This document shows, piece by piece, positions 24,957-35,348 of a stretch of DNA of 64,000 nt. Source of the stretch: Lama guanicoe. Its lineage: Eukaryota. The stretch is taken from assembly GCA_013239625.1 (NCBI GenBank), contig MU053376.1, positions 1,326,833 through 1,390,832 of the forward strand, given 5' to 3'. Under the pieces are notes generated by a model. That model saw nothing but the letters and a program-made list of their open reading frames with translations, ran no database searches and was not told the DNA's origin. The position numbers and the translations under genes are program-made. The first letter of the stretch is position 1; every line of letters starts with the position of its first letter.

Positions 24957-25816
24957 CATATTTGGAATTTTCAATTTTGATCTTTTCCTGGGCTATCGAG
25001 ATACAGTACAATACTCTCCGGGATGCTGGGCAGTGGCAGTGAGCCCAAGCTCCTAGTCAGCCACAGGCATAAACAACCAGTACACTTACAAACATTCTCT
25101 ACCCAAACAATCATCCTGTTTTTCACTTTTGGTACAACATTCAATCAATTACATGAGATATTTAACACTTTATTATGAGACAGACTTTGTGTTAGATGAT
25201 TTTGCCCAGGTATAGGCCAATGTAAATATTCTGAACACGTTTAAGGTAGGCTAACCTAAGCTATGATGTTCAGTAGGTTAAGTGCATAAAATGCATTTTT
25301 AATTTATGATATTTTCAAATTACAATGGGATTACGGGGACGAAACTCCATCATAAATCAAGCAGAATCTGTATAGCCAAGTCTGAGAACTACTGATTAAA
25401 TAGATGAATTGTACACCGCTCATGAAACCCTCTCTGAATATTACTTCTTGCCTCAGTTTTTCATAAGTTCAAGGTTGTGGTAGTTAAACACATATTTGCA
25501 TAGTTCGTATTTTCTGAAGGCCTGCTTTGTGCCAGGCAGGTGCTGTACTACGCCCTTGAGATAAAAGGATTAATGTGTGACCCAACCTCCATCCCCAAGT
25601 TGTTGCAAGTTGACTCACATTATGGACACCCCAGCTAGTGACCACAAGAAAGAGTGGTAAGTGAGGAGATGGAGGGAACACAAGGCAGGCACCTGAGGTA
25701 GCTCTGAGTGGGTGGGGAGCCCCCAGGAGAATGAATAGCTCATCTGAGCCCCGAAGGAAAGGTTAATCAGGAGGCAGGAGGGTGTTCAATGTTTTTCTCA
25801 ATGATCTGGATGAGTA

Positions 25817-26034
25817 CAGTCACCCCTTGGTATCGTGGGGGACTGGTTTCAAGACCCACCATGGATACCGAAATCTGTGGATGTTCGAGTCCCACAGAAA
25901 GCCCTCTGTATCCCAGGTTCCGCATCTGAGGATTCTACCAACCATGGATCATGTACAACTGTATTTACTGAAAAAAACCCCTGCGTATAAGTGGACTCAC
26001 GCATTTCAAACCCATGTTGTCCAAGGGTCAATTG
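25817..26034 (+). mobile_element. MER8/MER2-like Tigger MITE
   Basis: Ends CAGTCACCCCTTG...CAAGGGTCAATTG with TA TSDs at 25815-25816 and 26035-26036; internal 'gcgtataagtggac...ttcaaacccatgttgt'. Confidence 0.8.
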
Positions 26035-26380
26035 TATTAGTAAACATATATTACGAATATGACATGCCATCCTTCCTTCGGACGACTGGAGGAGTAGCCC
26101 TTCTGCTGCGTGGCTGAACTGGGACCTGGCAGGGAAGAGGGACCCAAACCAAAACTAAACGAGACTCGAGAACAGGGGAAGGCAAACAAACATGAGCAGC
26201 ACCACAGGGTGCCCAAACAGAGGCCTGGCACATGCTTCATTTCACCTCACCACTGCTCTGGAAGAACTTGACATTTTACAGTTGAAATTCTCTTTCTTAT
26301 AATGTCAAGCCCTGAGCCGACACAGCCAAATGTGAGGCCAGACCCTAGTCCAGGTCTGTTCCGCTCCCAGGTCCAGATTC

Positions 26381-26760
26381 TTTTTTTTTTTTTTTAGTTG
26401 AAGCATAGTCAGTTACAATGTGTCGATTTCTGGTGCACAGCACAGTGTCCCAGTCATGCATGTACATGCATATATTCGTTTTCATATTCTTTTTCATTAA
26501 AGGTTATTACAAGATATTGAATATAGTTCTCTGTGCTGTACAGAAGAAATTTGTTTTTTTATCTATTTTTACAGAGAGAGTTTAACATTTGCAAACCTCA
26601 AACTCCCAGATTTATCCCTTCCTACCCACTTTCCCCTGGTAACCATGAAATTGTTTACTATGTCTGCAAGTCTGTTTCTGTTTTGTAGATGAGCTCGTTA
26701 GTGTCCTCTTTTTAATTAATTTATTTATTTTAGGTTCCACATATGAGTGATATCATGTGG
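26381..26760 (-). mobile_element. Lineage-specific L1 3' end (antisense)
   Basis: Poly(T) followed by the reverse complement of the L1 3' UTR seen at 19300-19546. Confidence 0.88.
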
Positions 26761-26929
26761 ACTCTTCCCATCATTCTATATATAGCAAGGTTTATACTTG
26801 GATTCAATACATCAGCTTCTCATAGACGAGACAGGAAGACTTGATTCAATAGTGGTCCCTGTGGAGGAAGATGGTAACAGCTATAAGCTCGAGCACAGGT
26901 CTTAGGTGTGTAAGTAGGAGATGAATGTG

Positions 26930-27125
26930 AGAGGCAGATGGTGTCATGGGAAGGATCCAGACTTTGAAGTCAGGAGACCTGAGCTCAACATTCAGCTTCG
27001 ATAGTTATTAGCTGTGTGACTTTGGGCAAGTTACTGTGCATCTCTGAGCCTCAGTTTTCTTATCCACAAAATCAAGATAATAATGCCTATCATTGGCATT
27101 CATATCAGGATCATTGTGAAGATTA
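26930..27125 (+). mobile_element. MIR SINE
   Basis: 'agctgtgtgactttgggcaagttactgtgcatctctgagcctcagttttcttatc'. Confidence 0.8.
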
Positions 27126-27139
27126 AAGATACAGACAAG

Positions 27140-27900
27140 AAGCAGGTATTTATAATTCATGTAACTGGGAAAGGACTCATATCCAGAATATACAGAGAAC
27201 TCCAAAATACATTTTTAAAAGACAGACAATCCAATTTTTAAAGTAGGCAGAAGACTCAAAGGGGCATTTCACAAAAGAGGATATGCAAGTGGCCAACAAG
27301 CATATAAGATGCTGAATAGTATTTATGAGGGAAATGCAAATTAAACCACTGAGATACTCATGTACTCCCAACATGATGACTAAAATTGACAAGGCTGGCA
27401 ATGCCAAGTGTTGACAAGGATGTGGAGCAACTGGAGCTCAAGTAGGTGTGTACAATAGTACAATCACTTTGGGGGACTGGCAGCATCTACTAAAGCTAAA
27501 TCAGTCCCATGGTCTATCAGTTTCACTTCCAAGTGTAATCTCAGTAGAACGAGAGCTTATGTCCACCAAAAGACAACTACATGAATGTTCACAGGAGCTT
27601 TATTGATAATGGCTCCAAACTGGACACAACCAGAATGTTTTTCAATAGTAGATGGGATAAATAAATTGGGGTGTATGCATATAAAGGACTCTTACCCAGC
27701 AACGAAGAATAATGAACTACTGCTCTCATAGACATGACACTGAGCAAGAACCCTACTGTTTCTGGGATGGGTGCTAGAAGTTTTCTACATCTTGATCTCG
27801 GTGGTGCCACCTGGGTATGTAAAAACACGTAAAAATTCAATGTGTTCACTTGAGACTTGTGCACTTTAATGGATGTAAGTTTAACCTCAATAAGAAAGTA
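27140..27900 (+). mobile_element. Old L1 (L1ME-like) 3' fragment
   Basis: 'atccagaatatacagagaactcc...gaggatatgcaagtggccaacaagcatat...aatgcaaattaaacc...gttgacaaggatgtggagcaactgga'. Confidence 0.75.
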
Positions 27901-27969
27901 AACAAAAAGTTACTGTATACCATTTGCTTGGCACAGAGTAAGCACTCAATGAGTGGCTGTCAAAGTTTC

Positions 27970-28260
27970 TAGAGAAGACGAGGCCAGCAAACCTCACTGC
28001 ACTGTGTGCTGCTTAGACACTCGGGAGCCCTGGGCATAGTGCTGGGAGCCCCCCCCCTTTTAAGAGGGCCACTGACAATCAGAGCATGATGTGATGGGGA
28101 GATAAGGATGGCAAGGGGTCTGGAACACACGGTAAATGAGGAATGACTGAAGGAAGCAGAGAGAACGCTGGGAACAACAAAACTTAGGAAGAACAAGAGG
28201 AATGTCTTCAAACAGTGAAAGGCTCTCTGTAGAATGGGAGTCAGACTTTTCCTTTGGGGC
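27970..28260 (+). mobile_element. CR1/L3 LINE 3' region remnant
   Basis: 'aggatggcaaggggtctggaacac...tgaggaatgactgaaggaa...tgtcttcaaaca' resembles the L3 3' region. Confidence 0.55.
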
Positions 28261-28264
28261 TCTG

Positions 28265-28440
28265 GAGTAGTGATTCTCAAACAGCAGCTGCATCTGAGCC
28301 CCTTGAAGTGCTTGTTAAAACAGATTACTGAGACGCACCCCCAGACTTTCTGATTCAGCAGGTCTGGGACAAGACCAAGAATCTGCATTTCTTAAAGTTC
28401 CCAGGCCATGCTGCTGCTGCTGGTGCAGGGACACATTTTG
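28265..28440. mobile_element. MER5A-like DNA transposon (ERV inserted at its end)
   Basis: 'gtgattctcaaa...cttgttaaaacagatt...ttctgattcagcaggtctggga...aatctgcatttc'. Confidence 0.75.
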
Positions 28441-28444
28441 CTGG

Positions 28445-28926
28445 TGTAACTGAACAAAAGGGCTTGTGTGTCTGTTGGGCAGAAAGCCAAACTCTGACAG
28501 CAGGTGTTTGCAGCAAAGAAAGTGTTTATTGCAGGGCCCCTGGCCAGGAAGTGGGAGACAAACCTCCCATCCACTCCCACTTAATCTTTGAGTTATGGGT
28601 TGTTAAAGGGGAAGAAAAAGAAGCTGGGGTTAATCATCATCTTGTGACATTTCTTAATCATAATTTGGGGAGTCAGGACGCCTAAGGTTTACCAGTCTCT
28701 GGTCTGGTGGTCCATGACCCAGGGGTCTGTTGCGCTGGAGAAACAACCTGACTCTGTACATTAATGATGTTATCAGCAACAGCAATTTTAGTCCTGACTC
28801 TGGGTGATCAGTGTTCAGTTAGCATAGGATTGAGGTCAGAAGGGACAGGACAGGGAATAAAGTTTTGAAAAGAGAGGTTAATCATAAACTCAGCAGGGGA
28901 ACTTGGTTTTAGGGGACTCGGTTTCA
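28445..28926 (-). repeat. 3' LTR of the ERV
   Basis: TGTAAC...GTTTCA termini; AATAAA on the - strand at 28525-28530; adjacent purine tract AGGAGTGGGGAT on the - strand. Confidence 0.9.
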
Positions 28927-29289
28927 ATCCCCACTCCTGTTTTAACTTTCCCTGAATCTTTGAGTGAACCAGGCAATGACTGCTCTGGTTACTTCCTGCT
29001 GAAAGGGGGCGTAGTCCTGCCTCAGCGTGGGACATGGAAACACTGTACATCGAGGTGGAAATACTCCTGAATTCCAGGTTTTGGATCCAAGTGTAGCATG
29101 ATTAAATTCTTAGTCCCTTGGTCCACCTGCTTTGGTGCGAGAGTTTATAGCACATTTTATACCCAAGTGCTCAATTAGACCTAGGAGGAAGAGTGATAAC
29201 TCAAACTTTAACAGACATTGGGAAATAGATCTCACTCCCCGAAACATTCAGAAAAATAAGCCTGAAAGCCAGCCTGGACCTGGCACTTC

Positions 29290-29482
29290 TCGGGGGACTT
29301 CTTGTAGCCAGCTGCCTAATTTTATCTAAGTAGGTTTTAGCTTCAGATGTGGTATTAATACACAAATAATAGGAGCTATTGGCCACTACACACAGGAATT
29401 TTTCTGCTAAAATCTAACCAAAAGCAATTTCATTGTCTAGTGCTATTCTGGCTAAAGAACCTAGTGCCTTCTGCTGGGAGGC
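29290..29482 (-). pseudogene. ERV env TM remnant (immunosuppressive-domain region)
   Basis: The - strand reads ASQQKALGSLARIALDNEIAFG*ILAEKFLCVVANSSYYLCINTTSEAKTYLDKIRQLA, resembling gamma-type 'SLAxVVLDNRIALDYLLAEQGGVCAVANTSCCTWIN'; in-frame stop, CX6CC decayed. Confidence 0.75.
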
Positions 29483-29969
29483 TGTGACTTGAGCTGTCTC
29501 ATTTGTCACTATTCCCAAAGTAAGAGAGAAATTTAATAGTTGTAAGAAGAGACCTTGAGACCACAAGGTTGTGGTTGGCAGCTGCTAGCAGATACTCTTT
29601 TTTGAGAATGGCTGGTGATGTCCTTGAGTCTGATATAGTTCAGAAAGTTTAAATTCTCAGTAATACAGGAATGTGTCTGAAACCATGTCCACAATGGCCA
29701 CCCAGCCTTATTTTGGATGCCTGAACCAGCGTCACTCTATTTTTTATTTCAAAATGCATTCTTTTTTTTTTAATGGTTAAAGCAGATGTATAATGCATGT
29801 TTATAGTCCACAAAACAGGCAGGTCTAGTTAGCATAACGTTTAAGTTAAATCACGTATAAGCCAGAATGACTTCTCCATTCCTCAATATGTGAAATTTTC
29901 TTCTATCATTTCCCCTTTTGTTTGCAAATCTTTCAATAGAAAGCACTGACTATCAAAAATACTTGTCCC

Positions 29970-30249
29970 CATAGAAAACAAACATGGTTACCTGGGGTGG
30001 GAAGGGATAAATTAGGAGTTCAAGATTTTCAGATACGAACTACTATATATAAAATAAACAACAAGTTTACACTGTAGAGCATAGGGAACTATATTCAATA
30101 TCTTGCAGTAACCTATAATGGAAAATAACATGAAAAGGAATGTATGTATATATATGTATGACTGAAACATTATGTTGTACACCAGAAATTGACACAACAT
30201 TGTAAACTGACTATACTTCAATTAAAAAAAAAAAGGAAGAAAAAAAGAA
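29970..30249 (+). mobile_element. L1 3'-end fragment inserted in the ERV
   Basis: Same L1 3' UTR as 19300-19546, with poly(A); TSD ACTTGTCCC at 29961-29969 and 30250-30258. Confidence 0.88.
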
Positions 30250-30769
30250 ACTTGTCCCTCAATGCCAGGCTGGTTGCTGCTTGCGCTAGGTCCATGATGT
30301 CACTCGGTGCTGGGCCTCCTGTTTGTTTACATATATTTACCTAGTGATCTACTTTGAGACAAAACTAATCCGACACAGGGAACAAACTCAGAAGTATGCT
30401 AGTAGGAAAACATACATTTTATCAACTATACTGAATTGTCACACAAACATTGTACATGTGCTTTCAGCAGTAGACTTAAAGCAAGCAGTGATGTATGTCA
30501 TGAGTAGTCATCCTCTGTGACAACTTCACTAAAGCATTTTCTTCCTATCCTGAACATTGGGGGCAACAGTATCATTAGAAGTAAAAGAATAATTTTCAAT
30601 TTTGGTAGAAATATAACATTTGGGTAACAGTTGAATTGAACTAGTAGGATGGGTCTTACAGGCCTGATCTGGATTCTTGGGCCAGCTGTCCACCACTGCT
30701 GTTGTCATCTTCTTGTGCTGATGTCATTTGGGGTCATCAGTCCATTCTATAGACCTGTCCAGGGCAGAG

Positions 30770-30920
30770 GCCCTTCGTAAATGGAAAATATCAAGGGAAG
30801 AGTCAATTCCCTTTGGTTTTATTGAGTTTGAGTTACTTAAGACTACCTATTAAGGAATCTTTTTTCTTGGTTGGAGATAGCCCTTTCCCGTATGCATAAT
30901 CTCCTGGTTGCAGGTCATGG
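30770..30920 (-). pseudogene. ERV integrase C-terminal remnant
   Basis: The - strand pieces HDLQPGDYAYGK and KGIDSSLDIFHLRRA resemble the ERV1 integrase C-terminal pattern 'HxLQPGDxVY.K...GIDSWIHxSHLKxA'. Confidence 0.6.
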
Positions 30921-33279
30921 GGCAGCTGATCGTCATCCAAAAATAGATTTCTGTGATAAGATTCAGAAACAAGCTTACAGTGCCCTTTTAATAATTCAGC
31001 AAAACTTTACAAAAATGTCACATACCAGTAAGGAGCTATCTGGGAAGTGAATCTGAGGCAGTAAACACAGACCTCAATTAACAAAACTAGAATTTAATAT
31101 ACACTGAAACATAATCTTTTTCTTTAAAAGTATCCTCATTTCTACCAAACATAGTCAAATTAAGACTAAGTTGTTTGCAACATAAGTCTGGTTTCAAACT
31201 GGACCTGATTATTTGCATACATGTAATTGATCACATAGGCTCTTTTAAATTACCTGTGCTAGAATTTTTCATAAGGAATCTCAGATTAACTTTTAAAAAG
31301 CCTCTCAAGGCCAGGAAATCCATGCCAAGGGCTTGCCATCAGATTCTACCTGCGATATCTAGAGGTTTGGGTGAATTCTGCCCTTCTCAGGTTCCCTAAA
31401 ATATCTTGAGATTCCTGTACCAGTCAGGAAGTGGTCTTCCTCATTCACCCGATAAAGCTGTTGGGAATCTAAGAGTTTCCAGTTTCTAGAGCAATCAGGC
31501 AGAGAGAAAAGATAAAATGATTCAATTCTGCTTATAAAGTTGTAACTTACCAAATTGCTGCAAGTCATAATTAGCTTAGGGTAAAGGTTTCCTTATCTCT
31601 GGAAAACATAGATTAAAAGCCAGCAACATTTCTGACCAAAAACATAAAAAATTATAACCATATTCATCAGATCACTCAGCCCTATGTAACTAATCCTTTT
31701 TGGTAATAGTTTTATGAAGACATCAGATTTTCTATTAGAATTCTTTAATGTCTTACCCAGTTCAGTGGTATGATCTGAAAGTTATCAGCAATCTGTACTT
31801 ACTTGTCAAAAAGTCCTTTCGATGAATCTTCTTGAAGATGAAGCACTTCTGCAAAAGCATTAAAGTAAAACAGTAACTGTCCATGAATGACAAAAGACTT
31901 AAAAAGTCACGTTTAAAAATCTGATTAAATTGTAATTAACAAAGAAATTTGACTATTTTTGTGACAATATTAAAATAATACAATATTATACCAGATATAT
32001 TCAAATCTTAGAAATTTCATATAATTTCTAGAACATTTATATTAATGACATTTTACCTATACAATATAACCTAAGAAGGTTTATCACCACTCATTTGACA
32101 ATGTTTAGTTTATAACTTAACATACTAAATAATCCCAAATTAGTTTAACATCTCTCTCTCTCTGAGATGTCTCAGGGGTCTTCTGAATCATCCCAAAGTT
32201 AGCTGAAAGTCAAAGGAACTTCAATTAGAATTTGATATTTGGGAAGTCTGTCAAAAATATTTAAAAAGTTTAAAACACGTGGTCAAGTAGAATCATGGAT
32301 CACTGTGAAACAATACTTACTCACTTAACCAACGTGATAGAAAAGATTTCAAAGGCAAATACAGAAAGCTACAACAGATCACCTAAAAGGTAAAGAAACT
32401 TACAGTCTGTTATCAAAAATAGCTCAGTATTCTAAGAAAACTTTGTCCTCTTAACATAGGGGAAACAAATTCTGTTTGTACACCACCTTATCTTTAATAT
32501 TAAAATTCATTTAATCAATTAAATGTATTCTAATCTTAGTCGGTCCTGACCACATATAGAATTCCCTTCTATAGACTCTTTTTTTCTCATAAACCTTCTA
32601 CAACTTTCTCCATTCATATTAATTTGTCTCTTATTTTCTTTCTCATTTAGAAATAATCAGCTTTAGAACAAAATTACTTTATTTTCCCTAACAAAATGCA
32701 TTTCCATTACTTTTACTTTCTTTTTCCTTGCAAAGATGTTTCCCTTATTAATTTTTAGTCATTTTAATTACATATATTGATTAGAATTCTTAACCTTTAA
32801 AAACCTTTGTTTCTAGTGAAAATTAAAAAGTAAGCAATAATGAACTGTCTTTACATTACCATTCTGTAGACTGGCAAACTTATAAATACTGTTTATGGTT
32901 TCAAAAAAATACATGCTTTCTTACAGAAAATGTCTCAGTGTGGCCCCCAAAATATTAATTAATGGTCCTAAATATTTTTAGTTTTCCTGTAAAAGGAAGC
33001 CTACATCCAGTAATTATTGTTCTAGTATCTTATTTTATTTGGGAATGACCTAGATGTTTAATAAACTTCCTTCATGTAACTTAATTTAACAAAACTCTAA
33101 AGTTTCAAGTTACCAAAAATCTGGAGAGATTATTTTTAAGTAGATATTCCTAAAACAGAATTATTCCTAAAAAGTTTACCTGAAAGCTCTCATTTCATTG
33201 ACATTTAATTTACTTATAAAAAGTTCATCCTATCAAGTTATTTTTCTTGCTGACAAATTTTTGTAACAGAAATAATAAA

Positions 33280-33545
33280 ACTCCTCACAGATACAGAGAA
33301 CAAACTACTGATTACCACTGGGGAGAGGGAAGGGGGGAGGAGCAAGATAGGGTTAAGGAGTTAAGAAGTACAAAGTACTATGTATAAAATACATAAGCTA
33401 CAAGGACATGTTGTACAATACAGGGAATATAGCCAATATTTTATAATAACTATAAGTGGAGTATAACCCTTAAAAACTGTTAATCACTATGTGGTAAACC
33501 TGAAACTTACATTATATTGTAAATTAGACCTCAATAAAAAAAAAA
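33280..33545 (+). mobile_element. Artiodactyl-type L1 3'-end fragment inserted in the ERV
   Basis: 'cacagatacagagaacaaacta...tgtataaaata...cagggaatatagccaatattttataataactata' with poly(A); flanking AACAGAAA repeat. Confidence 0.8.
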
Positions 33546-34244
33546 CAGAAAGAAGGTTAGATCTTATTTGACTTTCAGTAAACCTAGGTACAATAAAAGT
33601 ATTATACTTAATGTTGATGACTCTAAAGACATGTCTATATGAATTAAACCAACAAGCTTAAACTAACTTCAATACCAGATATTAATGTAATAGTGAATAT
33701 TTTGCAGATCACATGAACCTGAAATTTGGGTTAGTTTCTTTTATATTTCTGAGAATTTATATAAGTGCTTAATTTTCTTTAAGCCAATGAAATAGAGCTC
33801 ATTTACAAATTAATTCTGATAATATCATCCGAAGGTAAAGACACATATTTGTAATGTACACACACACACAACCAGAGAACTCAAAGCTTTATTTTAAAAC
33901 TTGCTGTGTATCAGGTATTACAATGTAAAACTCACTAGTTTACAAATAAGAGTTGGAATAGATTAAGTTTAAAAAGGCCTCCTTTCCCTTTATTCCTTCA
34001 GTCTCAGGAATTGGACATGGTCTAGACAAGAGTGACATAAAAGCTCCCGAGAGCCCTGGTGGAACGTTTACATCTCAAAGGCACAAGGAGAGGAAAGCAG
34101 GTTCCTCTCAGAAGGACTTGTTTCCTGAGGGTAAGAATTCTGAAAAGGTGTTTTATTAAGTTGGCAGCCCAGTTTGGGGATATCAAATGAGTTCCATCGT
34201 AGGCATTTTTCCCCAGAGTGTAAAGAACATTGTGGCCACGTGGA

Positions 34245-34247
<3 letters not shown>

Positions 34248-34283
<36 letters not shown>

Positions 34284-34290
34284 GTATATA
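34248..34290. repeat. (CA)n/(TA)n microsatellite inside the ERV
   Basis: CA run followed by TA run; a second (CA)n at ~34450-34471. Confidence 0.9.
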
Positions 34291-34838
34291 TAATATAAAT
34301 AAATAATTTTTGCTTTAGTCATGGAACCATAGCTAAATGTGGTCTAATTTTGCAGGACGTATCCTAAAAAGCTGTTTTTAGAAACTGAACTTTTGTTTCC
34401 CATGTCTGCCAATTAACATACTGCACCTTTTTTAACACAAGCATACGCTCACACACACACACACACACACAGAGACAAAAGTCAAACCAATTCCAAAAGC
34501 AACCTTAGGCTCTTACTTTTATCAAACCCAAACCCTCCCCCAATACTTGGCAATGGAATGGGTGTCTAGGAGGACATCAATATACAAACATAAAAATGTT
34601 TTTGGCTCACACCGTCATACTGGTTGCTTACCAATAGATGTCTTCCAATCCAAAAACCATCCCTTTACTGCAAGCCTGGAATATTGCCTAGGGCTGCTAA
34701 TATTTGGTCAAAAAGGGAATTCTTCAGATTGATCCCCAGGCCAAAAGAGCCAGGGCAGCTGCTGGATCTGCTCAGGGAAGTTCCTCACTGATAAAGAGCC
34801 AGCAGGCCACTGGCACAAACTTCAGGGGAACTTGAGAA

Positions 34839-34856
34839 GTCCCTTCATGGTCGCCA
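34839..34856 (-). promoter_or_regulatory. Retroviral primer-binding site, tRNA-Arg type
   Basis: The - strand TGGCGACCATGAAGGGAC differs by one CpG transition from TGGCGACCACGAAGGGAC, the complement of the tRNA-Arg(TCG) 3' end. Confidence 0.85.
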
Positions 34857-34859
34857 AAT

Positions 34860-35348
34860 CATAACCTAGCAAAAAGGCTCATGTGCCAGACACACAGAAA
34901 GCCAAACTCTGACAGCAGGTGTTTGCAGCAAAGTAAGGCTTTACTGCAGAACTCCAAACAAGGGAGAGGGAGAGAAGCATCCAATCCACTCCCACTTAAT
35001 CTTTAAGTCATGAGTTGTTAAAGGGGAAGAAAAGGAAACTGGAATTAATCATCATCTTGTGACATTTCTTAACCATAGTTTTGGGAGTCAGGATGCCTGA
35101 AGTTTACGAGTCTCTGGTCTGATGGTCCATGACCCAGGGGTCTGTTACCTCACCTTGCCCTGGAGAAACAGCTTGACTCTGTACGTTAGCGATGTTATCT
35201 ACAACAGCAAGGTTAGTCCTCTGACTCTAAGTGTTACTGTTCAGTTAGCCCAGGATTGAGGTCAGAAGGGACAAGACAGGGAATAAAATTTTGGATAGAG
35301 AGGTTAAACTCAGAAGGGGGACTGGATTTTAGGGGGATCTCGGTTTCA
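34860..35348 (-). repeat. 5' LTR of the ERV
   Basis: Colinear with 28445-28926 ('agaaagccaaactctgacagcaggtgtttgcagcaaag' is identical) and ends in GGTTTCA; PBS immediately inside. Confidence 0.9.

Larger units (their letters stand above)
24118..25370 (-). mobile_element. MER47-like (Tigger) DNA transposon, interrupted at 24217-24959
   Basis: TA target sites at 24116-24117 and 25371-25372; MER47 motifs 'ttaaggtaggctaacctaagctatgatgttcagtaggtta' and 'gttagatgattttgccca'. Confidence 0.8.
23997..25395. mobile_element. MER5-like hAT element split by a nested MER47 insertion
   Basis: The left part 'cagtggtttccagccttggctgtgcattag...ccaggtgattctaacata' (to 24117) resumes as 'gccaagtctgagaactactg' after 25372. 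Confidence 0.65.
28445..35348 (-). mobile_element. Degenerate ERV1-class endogenous retrovirus with both LTRs
   Basis: Direct repeats at 28445-28926 and ~34860-35348; tRNA-Arg PBS at 34839-34856; PPT at 28927-28938; near-TSD CTGG/CTAG; env and integrase remnants. Confidence 0.9.

Noticed and set aside
29201..29482. Possible intact or domesticated (syncytin-like) env
   Set aside because: There is an in-frame stop in the immunosuppressive domain, the CX6CC motif is lost and no long env ORF is present.
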